A stretch of 64,000 nt of DNA from Tilletiaria anomala UBC 951 (taxonomy: Eukaryota): NCBI RefSeq assembly GCF_000711695.1, contig NW_013547018.1, positions 186,001 to 250,000 of the forward strand, written 5' to 3'. Below are positions 34,505-46,600 of the stretch, piece by piece. The stretch's first letter is position 1, and each line of letters starts with the position of its first letter. The translations under genes and the position numbers were made by a program. The notes under the pieces are model-generated. The model searched no databases and was not told the DNA's origin. It saw only the letters and a list, made by a program, of their open reading frames with translations.

Positions 34505-37263
34505 ATGCGCTCCGCCTTCCGCCACGCCTCGACGCTGATGCACGACACGATCGACTCGCCGCCGCACCCGGATGAAGCGCGAGGCGTCATCGACCCGAAC
34601 CAGCAGAGCATGCTGGGCGACTGGGAAGATACCTCGCGCAGCCCCCGTCGGTCGTCGCAGATGCAGCAGCAGGGGCACTCGGTAACAAACTCTTATCCGG
34701 CAGGACACCATGTCGACCGCCAGCACACCGCCGGCTGGGAGCCAGTCAAGGCAGTTGCACAGGAACGTGCAGAGCGAGAGCAGGGCCTCTGGGCCGCGCT
34801 CTCGCTGGGCGACAACCCACCACAACAACAGCAGCAAGAGACACCCACGCAGTATCGCGCGCATTCCGACGAGATCGAGCTGATTCAGCGCTCCGCCTTA
34901 CGCGCGGAGCTGGGAAGCGCAGAGAAAGGAACGCGGCTGTTGCTACAGGATGGCGTTGCACATCGCGAGCGCGGAGAGGACCTTACCCGGTTGCACTCGG
35001 CACCCGAGCACAATGACATCGCCAAAGGAACCGCAGCGCACGCCATGGTGCGCGGCCCAAGCGAGTTCGACTTGGCGCATGGTTCGCAGGGCGGCTACAT
35101 CGTGAGTTCTGCTCGCCCCCTCCTCCTCCATTCGATGTACGCTGTGCTTGTGATCTGATTCAACAACTTCGTCGCTGCAGGCCGAGATGGGTCCGGACGT
35201 GCCGATCACCCTGTCGCACCTATTCAAGCGCCCGCTGATCCGACAATGGATCCACGACGGCAAGATCTACCGCGAGACGTCGGAGCGCATCCCTTCGCGC
35301 TTCGAGCTATTCTTCGACCTGGTCTTCGTCGGCGTTGTCCATCGCCTTGCCGACGGCGCGGCCGAGGCGGCGACGGGAATAAACGTCGCCAAGTTCGTCA
35401 TCGTTTTCTATCTTGCCTTCTCCGTCTGGACCGACACGCGCGGCTACATTAATCAAAGCGGCACCGATGATGTCTGGCAGCGCCTATACATCCTCTTTAT
35501 CATGATTCTCCTCGCCGGCTTCGCCGCCAACGCAACCGCCGTCAACATCGTCGACCTGAGCGGCCACACGGACGTCGGCGGTTCCGCCGCCGCGCTCACT
35601 GATCCCCCAGACGGTGGTTCCACTGGCTCAGCCGCAGCGACCGTTAGCGAGCACGCCGCCCGCGCAGTCGTCCTTGGCGCGGCGTGGGCGATCAAGCGCG
35701 CATCGGAAGGTGGGGCGGAGGGGGAGCCGGAGTTCGCAGCGGACATGGGCGCGCGCCTGTTCAAGTCGTACTATTTTGCCGAGGGCTGGCACACGGCCGT
35801 CTTCTGGGCGATCGCCTTCTTCCTAATCGCCAAGTGTGCGCGGCTGCTGATGCTCTTCATCTATGGCCTGCTCCTCCCTCGCTTCCGCAAGGCGCTTTGG
35901 CTGCAGGGCCTCTTCCTGACGCTCATCGCGTCCGTGTTCATGCCGCTCATGTTCACCACCAACACCGCTGCTGTCATGATCCTGTGCGTCATCGGTATCG
36001 TCGTTGACCTCAACATCAAGTACTGCATCGCTGCCGCCAACCAGTGGCTCCACGGCAGGATCAAGCACCGCGGACACCACACCTTCTTCCCTGCTGTCTC
36101 TGTCGAGCATCTTCAGGTGAGTGAGCGCGAGAAGGAGTTTCCTGCGGTGTCCCTTCCCTGTTGACCGCCCTTCCCAACCCTCCGCGACCGCATCGCAGGA
36201 ACGCATGGTTCTCTTTTCGATCTTGATCATCGGCGAGTCGATCCTCAACTCGACATATACAGCGCATGCGGGCTCGTACGGCTTCAGCCCGCAGTTCGGG
36301 CGCGCAGCATTGGCAATCATGATCGCGTTCATGCTGATGTGGATCTACTTTGACGCCGACGGCTCGCGCACGTTCGTCCATGCGCTGCGGCGACACTGGT
36401 GGCCGTCGATCACGTTCACCAACATCCACTTCCCGCTGTGCGCGGCGCTGATCCTGATGAGCTCGGCGCTGGCGAAGTTGATCGCACTCGACGACGTCCA
36501 GCAGGGCTTCCGCTGGTTCTTCAGCGGCTCGCTTGCTCTGGCCATGGCGTGCATCGCATTCATCGCGCTGATCCACGAGTCACTCGATCTGCACGGCTCG
36601 GCGTTCGCGTCGACACGCATGCGCATCGGCTTCCGCTCGCTCGTTGCTGGGGGTTTTGCGCTTCTGCCGCTCAAACAGGATTGGTCCTCGCTCAGCTTCC
36701 TCGGCGTGCATGCCGCCATGCTCGTCGTCGTCGTCGCATTCGAGACGCTCGGCAAGATCGGCGCCATCGGGCGCGTCTTTGACGGGCAGAAGGCCGAGGA
36801 GCTCGCGCGCTGGCGTGAGGCATACCGCGCCGAGCGCATGCGCCATGATGCCGCTGCAACAGGAAACGGCAGCCTCGACAGAGAGGAAAAGGAGCTCGGG
36901 GGCCACGGTTGCTCTGCATCGCATACCATGTTCATCTCTCAGTCCGCCACGGGCACCGGCTCGCTCATCTCAGGCTCCGAAGAGTTCGGTCACTCACGTA
37001 AGGCGTCCAAGGCCCAGATCGCTTCGGACCTTGTCGCGCGGGGGCTCATCGACAGCGGGCAGAGCATGCTCAACTTTGGTCCGAGCAAGTACGGCAAGGA
37101 CTGGCGCTGCCCGCAGCCGACGTCCAAGGACACATGGCACACGTACGAGGACTTGAGCTACAACGAAAGGGGCGAAGAGGACGTCGGGAACGAGGGCGAG
37201 CTCGGCATGGTCGAGGCGCAGTCGCTCGTCGCGACGAGGCGATGGGCGCTGGCGTCGCTTTGA
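34505..37263 (+). CDS. Low-temperature-requirement protein A (LtrA)-family polytopic membrane protein
   Basis: FELFFDLVFVG and HLQ|ERMVLFSILIIGESI motifs, IAFMLMWIYFD, about 10 hydrophobic segments. Exons 34505-35101, 35181-36116 and 36199-37263. Confidence 0.82.
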
Positions 37264-39649
37264 ATGACGTGGCGACACGCAGAGCCTTCCCCCCTCCTTT
37301 CTCTCTCTCTCTTTTTCCACAGCATACATACATTCTCACTCATGGACACTTCATTGTTTCATCAAGATACCGCATTCTGTCCTTCTATCACATGGACCAC
37401 TGGTCATCAATCAACCATCAGGTGTCCTTCATCCTAGCTCTGAGTATCTGTAACATTTAAGTAGATTGCTTTCCAAATGAAGTTCCCCGTTGACATCCAG
37501 TGCCGTTACCAGCAATCCCATTTCATAGGCTCGTGCATTACCGTACGACCGCACCAGACATGTCCTTCACAGGTCACCGCCTGGTCGGCGGCGAGTATGT
37601 AATGGACATGTACATAGAAGGGGCGCGAGAAGAACGTGCTCAAAAAGTCGGAAGCACCGCCGATGGCATTGACCGGGGACACCTGCGTTTCCTCTGGACA
37701 CAGTCTGGCGATGTACGGTGGGCAGACTGCTCAGCGGGGGCGAATGGCTCAGAGGCCGTGGGGCTATTGAGTCTATATATACCGTGCGCACCGAGCACTG
37801 AGCGAGGAATGCTGAGGTCCCGGCTCCCGAGGGAGCAGCCAGCGGACTTCTCGCATTCATATGTGCGTGCATACTACTCCACTAGATGCATTCGATATTT
37901 ATGATTCATGCATTCATTCATGCCTCGCACGTTCCGATTGCTCCATCCACCGCATCAGCATGCAACGATCACTTTCATCTCATACCGTCAGCGCCTTCCC
38001 ATCTGTCTCCCTGCTCTCAGCCGGCTATGCGCTGCCTATCTTCTTGGGACATGGGGGAAGCGCTGCGGCATCCAAGTCCCCCGTTTGTTCGTCGCACGCA
38101 ACCCTTGACGCATCTCATTGTGGCATTCATGACGTTTATGACACGGAGACATCGACGCGGAGAAATGGGATGGCGAAGATCTGTTGAACTGTCCGCACCT
38201 ATATCCTTGCGAAGGAGATGATAGAGCTTTACCCTCTTGGACCTCCCCTTGAGGTACAACGGACTGGTGACGAGTCGCTCTGGGTTGAGACGAGAAGCTT
38301 GTGTGTGCTCAACACGTGACTGTTGCAACATGTGTGAGGCCGAGGCCGGGAAGGCATTCTATTGCACTGGAAATTTGGTAGTTGTTACCACCCCGTGTTG
38401 GAGAGATGCAGACTACAATGACCCTTGAGCTGTGTCAAGTCAAGGCAAGTATGTACCAGTGTATTTGTTGGTGCTGTTTGGATATCGCCATACCCGAGGT
38501 GAGACCGAGAGCACCCAGAACCTGGAGACTTGTATACAGTGGCGCACCGGACACACCAGCGCAGCAGTCACTGCCGGCAGCGGCAGTATCAACATCCCGC
38601 CAGCATACATTCTGCGGTATAGTCCACAAGTACAGCAGTCCGCTGGTGCACGTCTCCGCGCCTTTGTCTATTCTTTGCCACCGTCGGCGCTCACAGTAGA
38701 CCAATCCCTAGAGGTGCAGAGGCAAACTACGAAGGCAAGGATAATGGCTAGGTCAATACAAGTCTCAGGAGCATGCAGATGCATATAGCAAAGTTGAGCA
38801 TGAGTGGGGAGCGGGGAAACGTTTGTGGATGTGCCGATGGTGGGGCCCATGCCGCGACAGGGCTGAACGTCGTGCATGTCCTGGGCCTCGCGAATGCTTT
38901 GTAGACGCAATTCGGCAAATGAAAGATGTAGCGAATGTGTACTGGAGCCAAACTTGGTCCCCCTCTGTTCGATGAAATAATTACATGCAATGCTATTCTT
39001 TTTTCGGTTTTTTTCATTTTCATTTCTCCTAGGTTGCTTGGATCGGGCGGACTCCGCCTTCACCACTGCGCCGTCCTGCAATGGATCGGGGCCAAGAGGC
39101 CAAAGTCGTCTGCAGTGCATGCGAGAAGATGCTCTAGACGAAGGAAAGATGTTTGGCGTTACTGGTAAGGGCTGCAAGACAGGGGAAAGAGATGTGATAA
39201 CGAATGGAAGCGATGGTTCAATGACGCTCAGCTTCAAGCATGATGCGGCGGAACAAATGCATCGCTGCCTTTACCCAGCCACATGTATGCATGATTACGT
39301 GATCCACCGTTCTTCACAACATTCCGGTCAAGATGCGGTCTCCATGCCGCTTTAGTATTACTCTTGGCTCAGGCACTGCTCCAGTGTAAGCACAACACGG
39401 ACGTAACCCCACCTGGAATCTGGGCGGTGCGGGAAAGACCCAAGCTTTTGCGGGGTTCACGCAACGATCACCGACGTATAGCAAAGGCATCTCCTGGTAA
39501 GTACATGGAGCCACACTGCATGTACTTAACCACCGTGGCAACAGCGCATGCCCTTGTCTCATGAATCTTGTCCCACCCCTTCTGACCGTCTCATCGCTTG
39601 CTCCTCCACGCTCCCTGTCACCACAACACTCTCACCCCCACAGACCATC

Positions 39650-40240
39650 ATGAAAACCTTTACCTCCATTGCTGTCCTTGCTAGTCTCGTGCTCGGCTTC
39701 GCCGTGACCTCGGCCGAGGCGAGCCTCAAGCCGACCTCGGTGGCCAAGCGCCGTGAGTATGATGTCTGCGCGCAGCAAGCAGCTCTGGGACGGTGCAATC
39801 ACGGCATGGTAAACCCCCGCTGATATGTGACGCTGATGTGACGCATACGTCTGCTCCCGTCTGCTATGTGCCCACACCCACAACCCTCAGAGGCCAGCCT
39901 TGACCCAGCGACTCTGCAGTCGATCATCAGCAGCGCCGAGGCGAACCCGTCGGCGGCGGCCTCGCTCTTGCCGCTCGCGCAGTCGTACTACAGCTCGATT
40001 GCCGCTGCCGCCTCGGCCAGCCCGAGCAACTCGGCTCTGCAGGAGGAGGTGAGTGTCATCAGCTCGGCCCTCGCGCAGGCCAGCAGCGCAGGCCTCCTCG
40101 CCACCACCACCAGCTCCAGTGCCGCGATTATCCCCACCGCCAGCCCGACAAGCAAGAACGCTGCCGTCGCCGTCCAGCAGCCCGCTGCCATCGCTGCCGT
40201 CGCCGCCGCTGCCATGGGCGCGTTTGTCTACGCCCTCTGA
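39650..40240 (+). CDS. Small secreted Ser/Ala-rich, probably GPI-anchored protein (150 aa)
   Basis: Signal peptide MKTFTSIAVLASLVLGFAVTSAEA, KR dibasic site, intron 39753-39890, S/A/T-rich body, C-terminal KNAA...AIAAVAAAAMGAFVYAL hydrophobic tail. Confidence 0.8.
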
Positions 40241-41797
40241 ACAGATCCCATCCGAGAGTGCATACATGGTCCTCGGGGCATCAAGGCGGGGCTATATGAG
40301 CGCACGGACGCCCATGCGTCGCACCTGTTTTCTGTAGACGCCAGGCTTTTAAACAACGCCAGTGTAGAGCGCAATACATGCAGTATGTAACAAAGGTCTA
40401 GAACTTCATTGCTTGTCGTCCTCCCACCCTGTTTCAGACCCATCTCGCTAATCGAGCCTCCGCGCTTTCGTTCATTGCCGGCTTGACAGGCCCTCTACGG
40501 TTAGGGCCGCTCAGACGGAAGAGTCACCGTCCTTGTCAGACTTACCCCGAGGTAACAAGAGTGTTTTTGACCGTGTGCACCGAATCACAAGCGTTTGCCG
40601 CAACTTCTCTCTCCGAGGGTGTGAACTTCGCATGAACTGACAAGTTGCACCCGCACCGCTGGGCGTCCTGAGCGAGGTCGTAGCCTGAGAAGCCATACAT
40701 TTTGAACCAATGCGATGACGGTGGCCAACTAGTTAGTGGCGGGTCACGAATAAACATGAGCGAGCGCGTCGGCTTGTGCGCTTGCTTCTCAACATCTAAC
40801 ACCAGAAAGCAGCAGTGCCCCAAATGAATCCATTTAGAGCAATGGCGCGGACTCGGGCGTGCTGGGCTCCAAAGGACAGAGCGATTATTGTTGCAAATAT
40901 CTCTCGTACGTAAGATTGATACAGATGAAGAGTGACTACATGTGGCAGCGTCTGCTCACACGAACCCGCGGCGTCTTGGACCTCATCCACTTGTTGAATC
41001 CTGCTAGAGCAGCGCTCCCTCGCACGCAGCTCGTCGCTCGTATCATTTCGCTTCCTTTAACATGTGGCTCCATGCAAAGGTTCCGTGCGCCAAGTCGACG
41101 ACACAGCTCTGTAGGCCGAGGGACCCGGCCCTTCCAGGGGTGCATTATCAGAAGGGGAAGATGCACAGAGCACAGCCGAGCGATACCAGCGACGATTGAT
41201 CAGCGCATGCTTGTGAATAATGTCAGCATAGCAGCAACAGGGATTGACACAGAATTTCAGAAGCACTCCAGTGCACATCACATTGCTATCCAAACCGCCT
41301 CGCCCGCGTGCCCTTGTAGGTTCCCTCGTGCGGCATGCCGGGCCACTAATGAGTTGGAGGGAATATCAGGCCGTTGACGCGACCTGTTGGGCGGAGATGC
41401 CACCTGCCCTGTGCCTTCGACCGTGGCACGCCGTTCCATCGCCAGCTACATACTCGGGGTTCTTCGGATATCTGTTGCTCTTGGCTGGCTGCTTGAGGAC
41501 TATCTAAGATAATGCGAGCGAAACTAAGAGATACGTGAGAGACAATGTGTGAAATGTGGGATCAGAGGATCAGTCCGCAGAGTGTAGAAACTCTCTGAAT
41601 CGCAAAGTCCGCGTCTAGCCGAGGGTGGGGTGGATCATCCTCGGCCACACTATGGTCGGCTTTGACTCACTAATGTTGTATATAGCAGTGTAACCTGACT
41701 TTCATGCTTGCAGGACGAAGCCTCGTCATCATTATTGTTCGATTCAGAGAGCAGCTCCTGTGGCCGGTCCGAGTTTTTTTTTGCCGAAATACTCAGT

Positions 41798-43501
41798 ATG
41801 CTTCGTACAGGGTTCCTTGGGAATGCGGCTCGCGCTGTCGCCTCGGGCTCGAGGTGCGACACAGTCGCTGCGTCGCTGACCGCGTTGAGGAACGCTGCTC
41901 CCCGTGAGTCAATCAAGCCGAGCACGCACGAAGCAGACAAGCAAAGTAGGAAATTTCAGCAGCTGCAACGTCGCTGCTTCTCTCGCTCGGCTGCCTCGGG
42001 TCTTGCGGCAAGTAATAGCCAGCTGCAGGCGCAGTTCCAAGGGCATCTGCCTGGCTACCCCACCTCGCCGTATCTCACCTCGCTCGACAGCAGCTTCTTC
42101 GATAGCGTCAGAGCTAATGAGAGCCAAGTTCACGGACCGGATGGCCGCCCGGGCACGGGAATCCCGACTTTCAGGCTCATGGACGGCACGGGGAGTCTAC
42201 TCGAGGGTGTCACGGACGAGGCACTAGAGGTTCGTCCTCGATCGCGCTTTCATTTGCATGTCTTACTTCGCTCGACAATCGTGAGTTCACATGGGTTTCA
42301 TCTCTGCAGATTACACAAGAAGAAGCGGTAAAGATGTACGAGAAAATGCTCCTGCTGCCGGCCATCGACGTGATCCTCTACAATGCACAGCGTCAAGGCC
42401 GCATTTCCTTCATGATGACATCTTACGGTGAAGAAGGAGCGGTCATCGGCTCAGCAGCGGGCTTGGCCACCACGGACGAAGTCTTTGCGCAATATCGCGA
42501 GTCTGGAGTCCTCCTCTGGCGTGGGTTTCCTCTTGACAATCTGATGAGCCAAGTGTTCGGCGTGCACGATGACCTCAACCGAGCGCGACAGATGCCCTGC
42601 CACTACTCCTCCACAGAGCTGCACTTCCACACCATTTCCAGTCCCCTAGCGACGCAGATACCACAAGCAGCTGGAGCTGGCTTCGCACTGAAGCGCTCAA
42701 AGGGAAGGGAAGGCGACGTGGCAGTGTGCTACTTTGGAGAAGGTGCAGCTAGTGAAGGCGACTTTCATGCGGGCCTGAACATCGCCGCCACAACGCGGAG
42801 TCCTGTTCTGTGAGCGACGACGTGCCAGCCTCTTGTCGTTTGCCAGTGATTCGCACACTTATGCCCTTCTTCGTTCCCCATCAAAACACAGATTCATTGT
42901 CCGAAACAACGGCTTTGCAATCTCCACTCCGTCAACCGAGCAGTACGTCGGTGATGGTATCGCAAGCCGTGGGCCGGGCTACGGCATACCGACAATCCGC
43001 GTCGACGGCAACGACGCCTTTGCTGTGCGCGCTGCCGTGCGTGGAGCCAAGAAGCGTGCGCTGGCCAACTCGACGCCTGTGCTGATCGAATGCATGACCT
43101 ACCGCGTCGGGCACCACAGCACGTCAGACGATTCCAGCGCGTACCGCTCCAAAAAGTCGGTTGAGGACTGGAAGAAGATGGACAACCCGCTGCATCGGAT
43201 GCGCAACTTCCTCACACAAAGAGGCTGGTGGTCCGACGCGCAGGAGGAGGAGACCACCAAGCGATACAGAGCCGAGGTCATCGCAGCCATGACCAAGGCC
43301 GAAAAGAAGCTGCGACCCACGCTGAGCTCCATGTTCGAGGACACATACACCGAGTTACCGGCCAACCTGCAAGAGCAGCGTGCGGAGCTCGCACGTCTAG
43401 TCAAGACGTATGGAAAAGTGGAGCACTGGTCTAAGGAGCTGCAAAAGCACGAAGAGCAAGGCAAAGATCTCGAAAAGTTCTTGACAGGTGATGCAAAGTA
43501 A
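41798..43501 (+). CDS. BCKDHA: Branched-chain 2-oxoacid dehydrogenase E1 alpha subunit, mitochondrial
   Basis: Presequence MLRTGFLGNAAR, AQRQGRISF, QYRESGV, TISSPLATQIPQA, ThDP motif GEGAASEGDFHAG...RNNGFAISTP, TYRVGHHSTSDDS. Introns 42230-42309 and 42810-42891. Confidence 0.94.
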
Positions 43502-43614
43502 CAAATCAGACTAGAAAGTGACAATGTAGAATAAAGGCGAATATCCTGACCGCCTGCCGATGTAAAATACAGATCAAAAAGCGGACATTGCACACGACAT
43601 TTCGTAGTTCCAAA

Positions 43615-46600
43615 TCAGCCGCTGGCTAGGAAAGCCGCTACCATGTCATTCAGCTCGGACTCTGTTGCAGTAGGTCGCATTCTTCTCGCCATCGCCCGGG
43701 CTGATGCCTCTTCCGCTGCAGTCGGCGCGCTTGCGAGGCCCGCCAGAGCTGAGAAAGCAGTCACGCTAGAGCTTGGCTCGGGGCCAACTCGCGGCGCGGC
43801 AGTGGGCTCTAGCGCCTGCGATGACCTAGTTGCAGTTGCAGTTGCAGTCGCTGTTGTCTGCTTCTGAGCACTGCCACTGAAACCGGTTGTGGGAGCGAAT
43901 GGAGCGGTGGCTTGCACCTGAGGTCGAGCGGAGGCAGTAGCTGCTGTGGCATCCGCACGATCCTTTGATGGCTGAGCTCCGGACGTGACATGGGATGGTT
44001 GAACGTCGACATGGTCGTGTGGGTCTGGGGGATGGGGCGCTGAGGAAGCAGAAGCGGCTGGTCGCGCTGAACACTCTCTGATACCAGGCTGTGACGATGC
44101 AAATGAGCTCTGCGAGCGCGGATTAGACGTCAAGCCTTTGAGGACATTGGTGATGAAAATAGTCCCTTCGCGGTCGCCAGGCGCGAGCTTGATCCGTGGG
44201 CCAAGCTCAATCTGCTGAAGCTCGCCAGTAGATGTGTATCGAGGGTAGACGAGGGTCTTGCCGTTCCACCCGATGTACCACTTTTGAATCATCTCGTCTG
44301 TAACACCGCGGGCGTACAAATTTGCCATGCCTGCACGGTGTCGTTCTGCCGCAGTCCGGCTGTTGGGGGACAATGATTTCTTGCTCGGGACCGGTGGGGT
44401 ACTTTTCTGCGAGTCGATGTTCTGCGAGGGTTGCCCCTGGGGCAGCTGCTGTGTCCACGCGTGGGAAGCCTTATCGGGCTGAGGACCTCGAATTGGGCTC
44501 ATGGGGGGCATAGAGATGGCCGAAACATTGGCAGGCGAAGCACTTCGGCCGAGGTCGTGAGATTGAAGTACTTTTCGCGCGCTCGGCAGGTTCGAAACAG
44601 AGGGGGCATAGAAGCCAGCTGTCGAATATCTTTCCTCGACTTTAACCTGTGACGCAGCGGGTATCGCCGAAGTGGCTCTGGACGATGAGGGAATTGGTGA
44701 TGAAGTCGACGACGAACCCGCAGCTGGATCCACGGAAGATATCGAGTCTTGCTGCACGGGAGCCTGGTTTAGGTAACTCCCTGTTTCTTCTGTGCGCGTT
44801 TTCTTGACAGGCGGCTCTGCAGGAGATTGCTCAGGCTTCACTGCCGCTTGGAAGTTCGCCAAGTGGAGTAGGATGCGCTTTTCCTTCGTCCAAGGCTGAC
44901 AGCGGCTGATCGGTCTGTCTTCGGAGCGGAGCGTAAGCCGAAGGTCCACGAAAGAACCATCAGCTTCCGAGCGGCCTGTGCGAGCAACCTGTCAGCATGT
45001 TGCCCAGCGTGAACAGCCAAATCACGGACACTTACCTTTCTCTAGCACTCTAACATCTGCAAAAGCGTATCGCTTTTCTGTCTTGCTGCAACACATTGGA
45101 CACATCCACTTTTCTTCGCCCAGATCGAGGTCTTCTGGCAGGTGCATACAGTTGGTGTGGAACCATAATTGACATCGATCGCAGCCAATCATGTTGCCGG
45201 ATTCTGCTTGATGGCAGATGCAATAGAGCGAGTCGGATGTAGGCGAGAGACCAGCCTCTTCCTCAAAAGTAAACTTGGCCCGTTTCCCTCTCTTGCGCTT
45301 CTTTGGCTCTCCTTCTGTTCCCATCTCCCCCAATTTAGGAGGTTGCAGTGCCTCCGCAGAGTGCAGCGTTCTGACGATCTCATCGACTACCGAACTTTGG
45401 CCAGCCAGATTGATGTTAAGAGGGCATGCCAAAGTCTTCCGCAACAGATGGTGAAGCGCAGTCCTGTCCTCCGGCCGCGAAGGATCTCTCCCGCTTGCCA
45501 TGAATCCGCGCACGTAGCTGCCGAGGCGGGAAGCTCTTCCAACTGCTGATTTGAGGGCGATGTATTCCGGCGGTGGGCAAGTGAATTTGTCGCTCCACTT
45601 CTCTGCGTGGAACCAGCTGTCGTCAACTAGCTCATTGACGTCCTCAAAGCGGACGGCACGCCGATGTGGCAGCAGGTCTCGCAATTTGACCGGATCGCAA
45701 ATGTGGCAAACCCACTTTGGAGTGAGTTTCTTGGTTTTGCCACCCACCTTGATGCACATCTGATGGTACAAAGTCTGACAGTTGTTGCAGCGAATTCCGT
45801 CCTGGCCATCAAGTACAGGCGGGGTCTTTGTGCGACAGACGCAGTAACGCTGCTTCGGAGGAGATGCGACTTGTGAAGCCTGTTCGTCGTCTGGTGAGGC
45901 AGTCGTTTCGATCTGGGCGCAAAAGACCTTGATTGTGGCGCCGCTCTTGCTGACTGGCTCAGGTCGATTCGAGTGAAAGGCAGCGTTGAGGATGTCAGTG
46001 AGGCGTTGGAGCCATTCGTCGCATTCTTGCAACCCATCAGCGATCGGCTTTAATGCTGGAAGAAATAAGCGAGACGCTACTGTTGTCCGGCTGAGTTGCT
46101 TGGCTTCTGCAAGGCGAGCTTCAAGCTCAGACTTGTGCATTGTTCGAGGATCCTGATCCTTGCCAGATGCAATAAGTTGCTGTGCAGATGCATTAAGCTC
46201 CTTGACCTTGTTGTAAAGCCTCTCAGCTTGAACGTGCAGCTCAGGAACGATGGCGACTTCGTTGGGCGCAGTGATGAGCTCCTCAAGCTGACTGACTTGG
46301 ATGGCCTCCTTTGCGTCGAGGACCTGCTGCGCCTTATTCGCCCATGCTTTCCCCAGCCGCTCTCTCCGACGAAGATCAACGACATAGTGATGACCGGATG
46401 GCACGTCGCTCTTCTCTGCCTCAGAGAGGAGCTCATGGACCTCGGAGAGATTGATAAAGTTGTTGTGGATCTCGTCCATCTCATCAAGCCACTTCCGACG
46501 GTTGACGTATTTAGTTAAATCGTCGACGACAGCTATATCTACGTTGATCTCGCTCGCCGCGGCAATCACCTTTTCGCATTCGACAAGAGATGGCTTCTTG

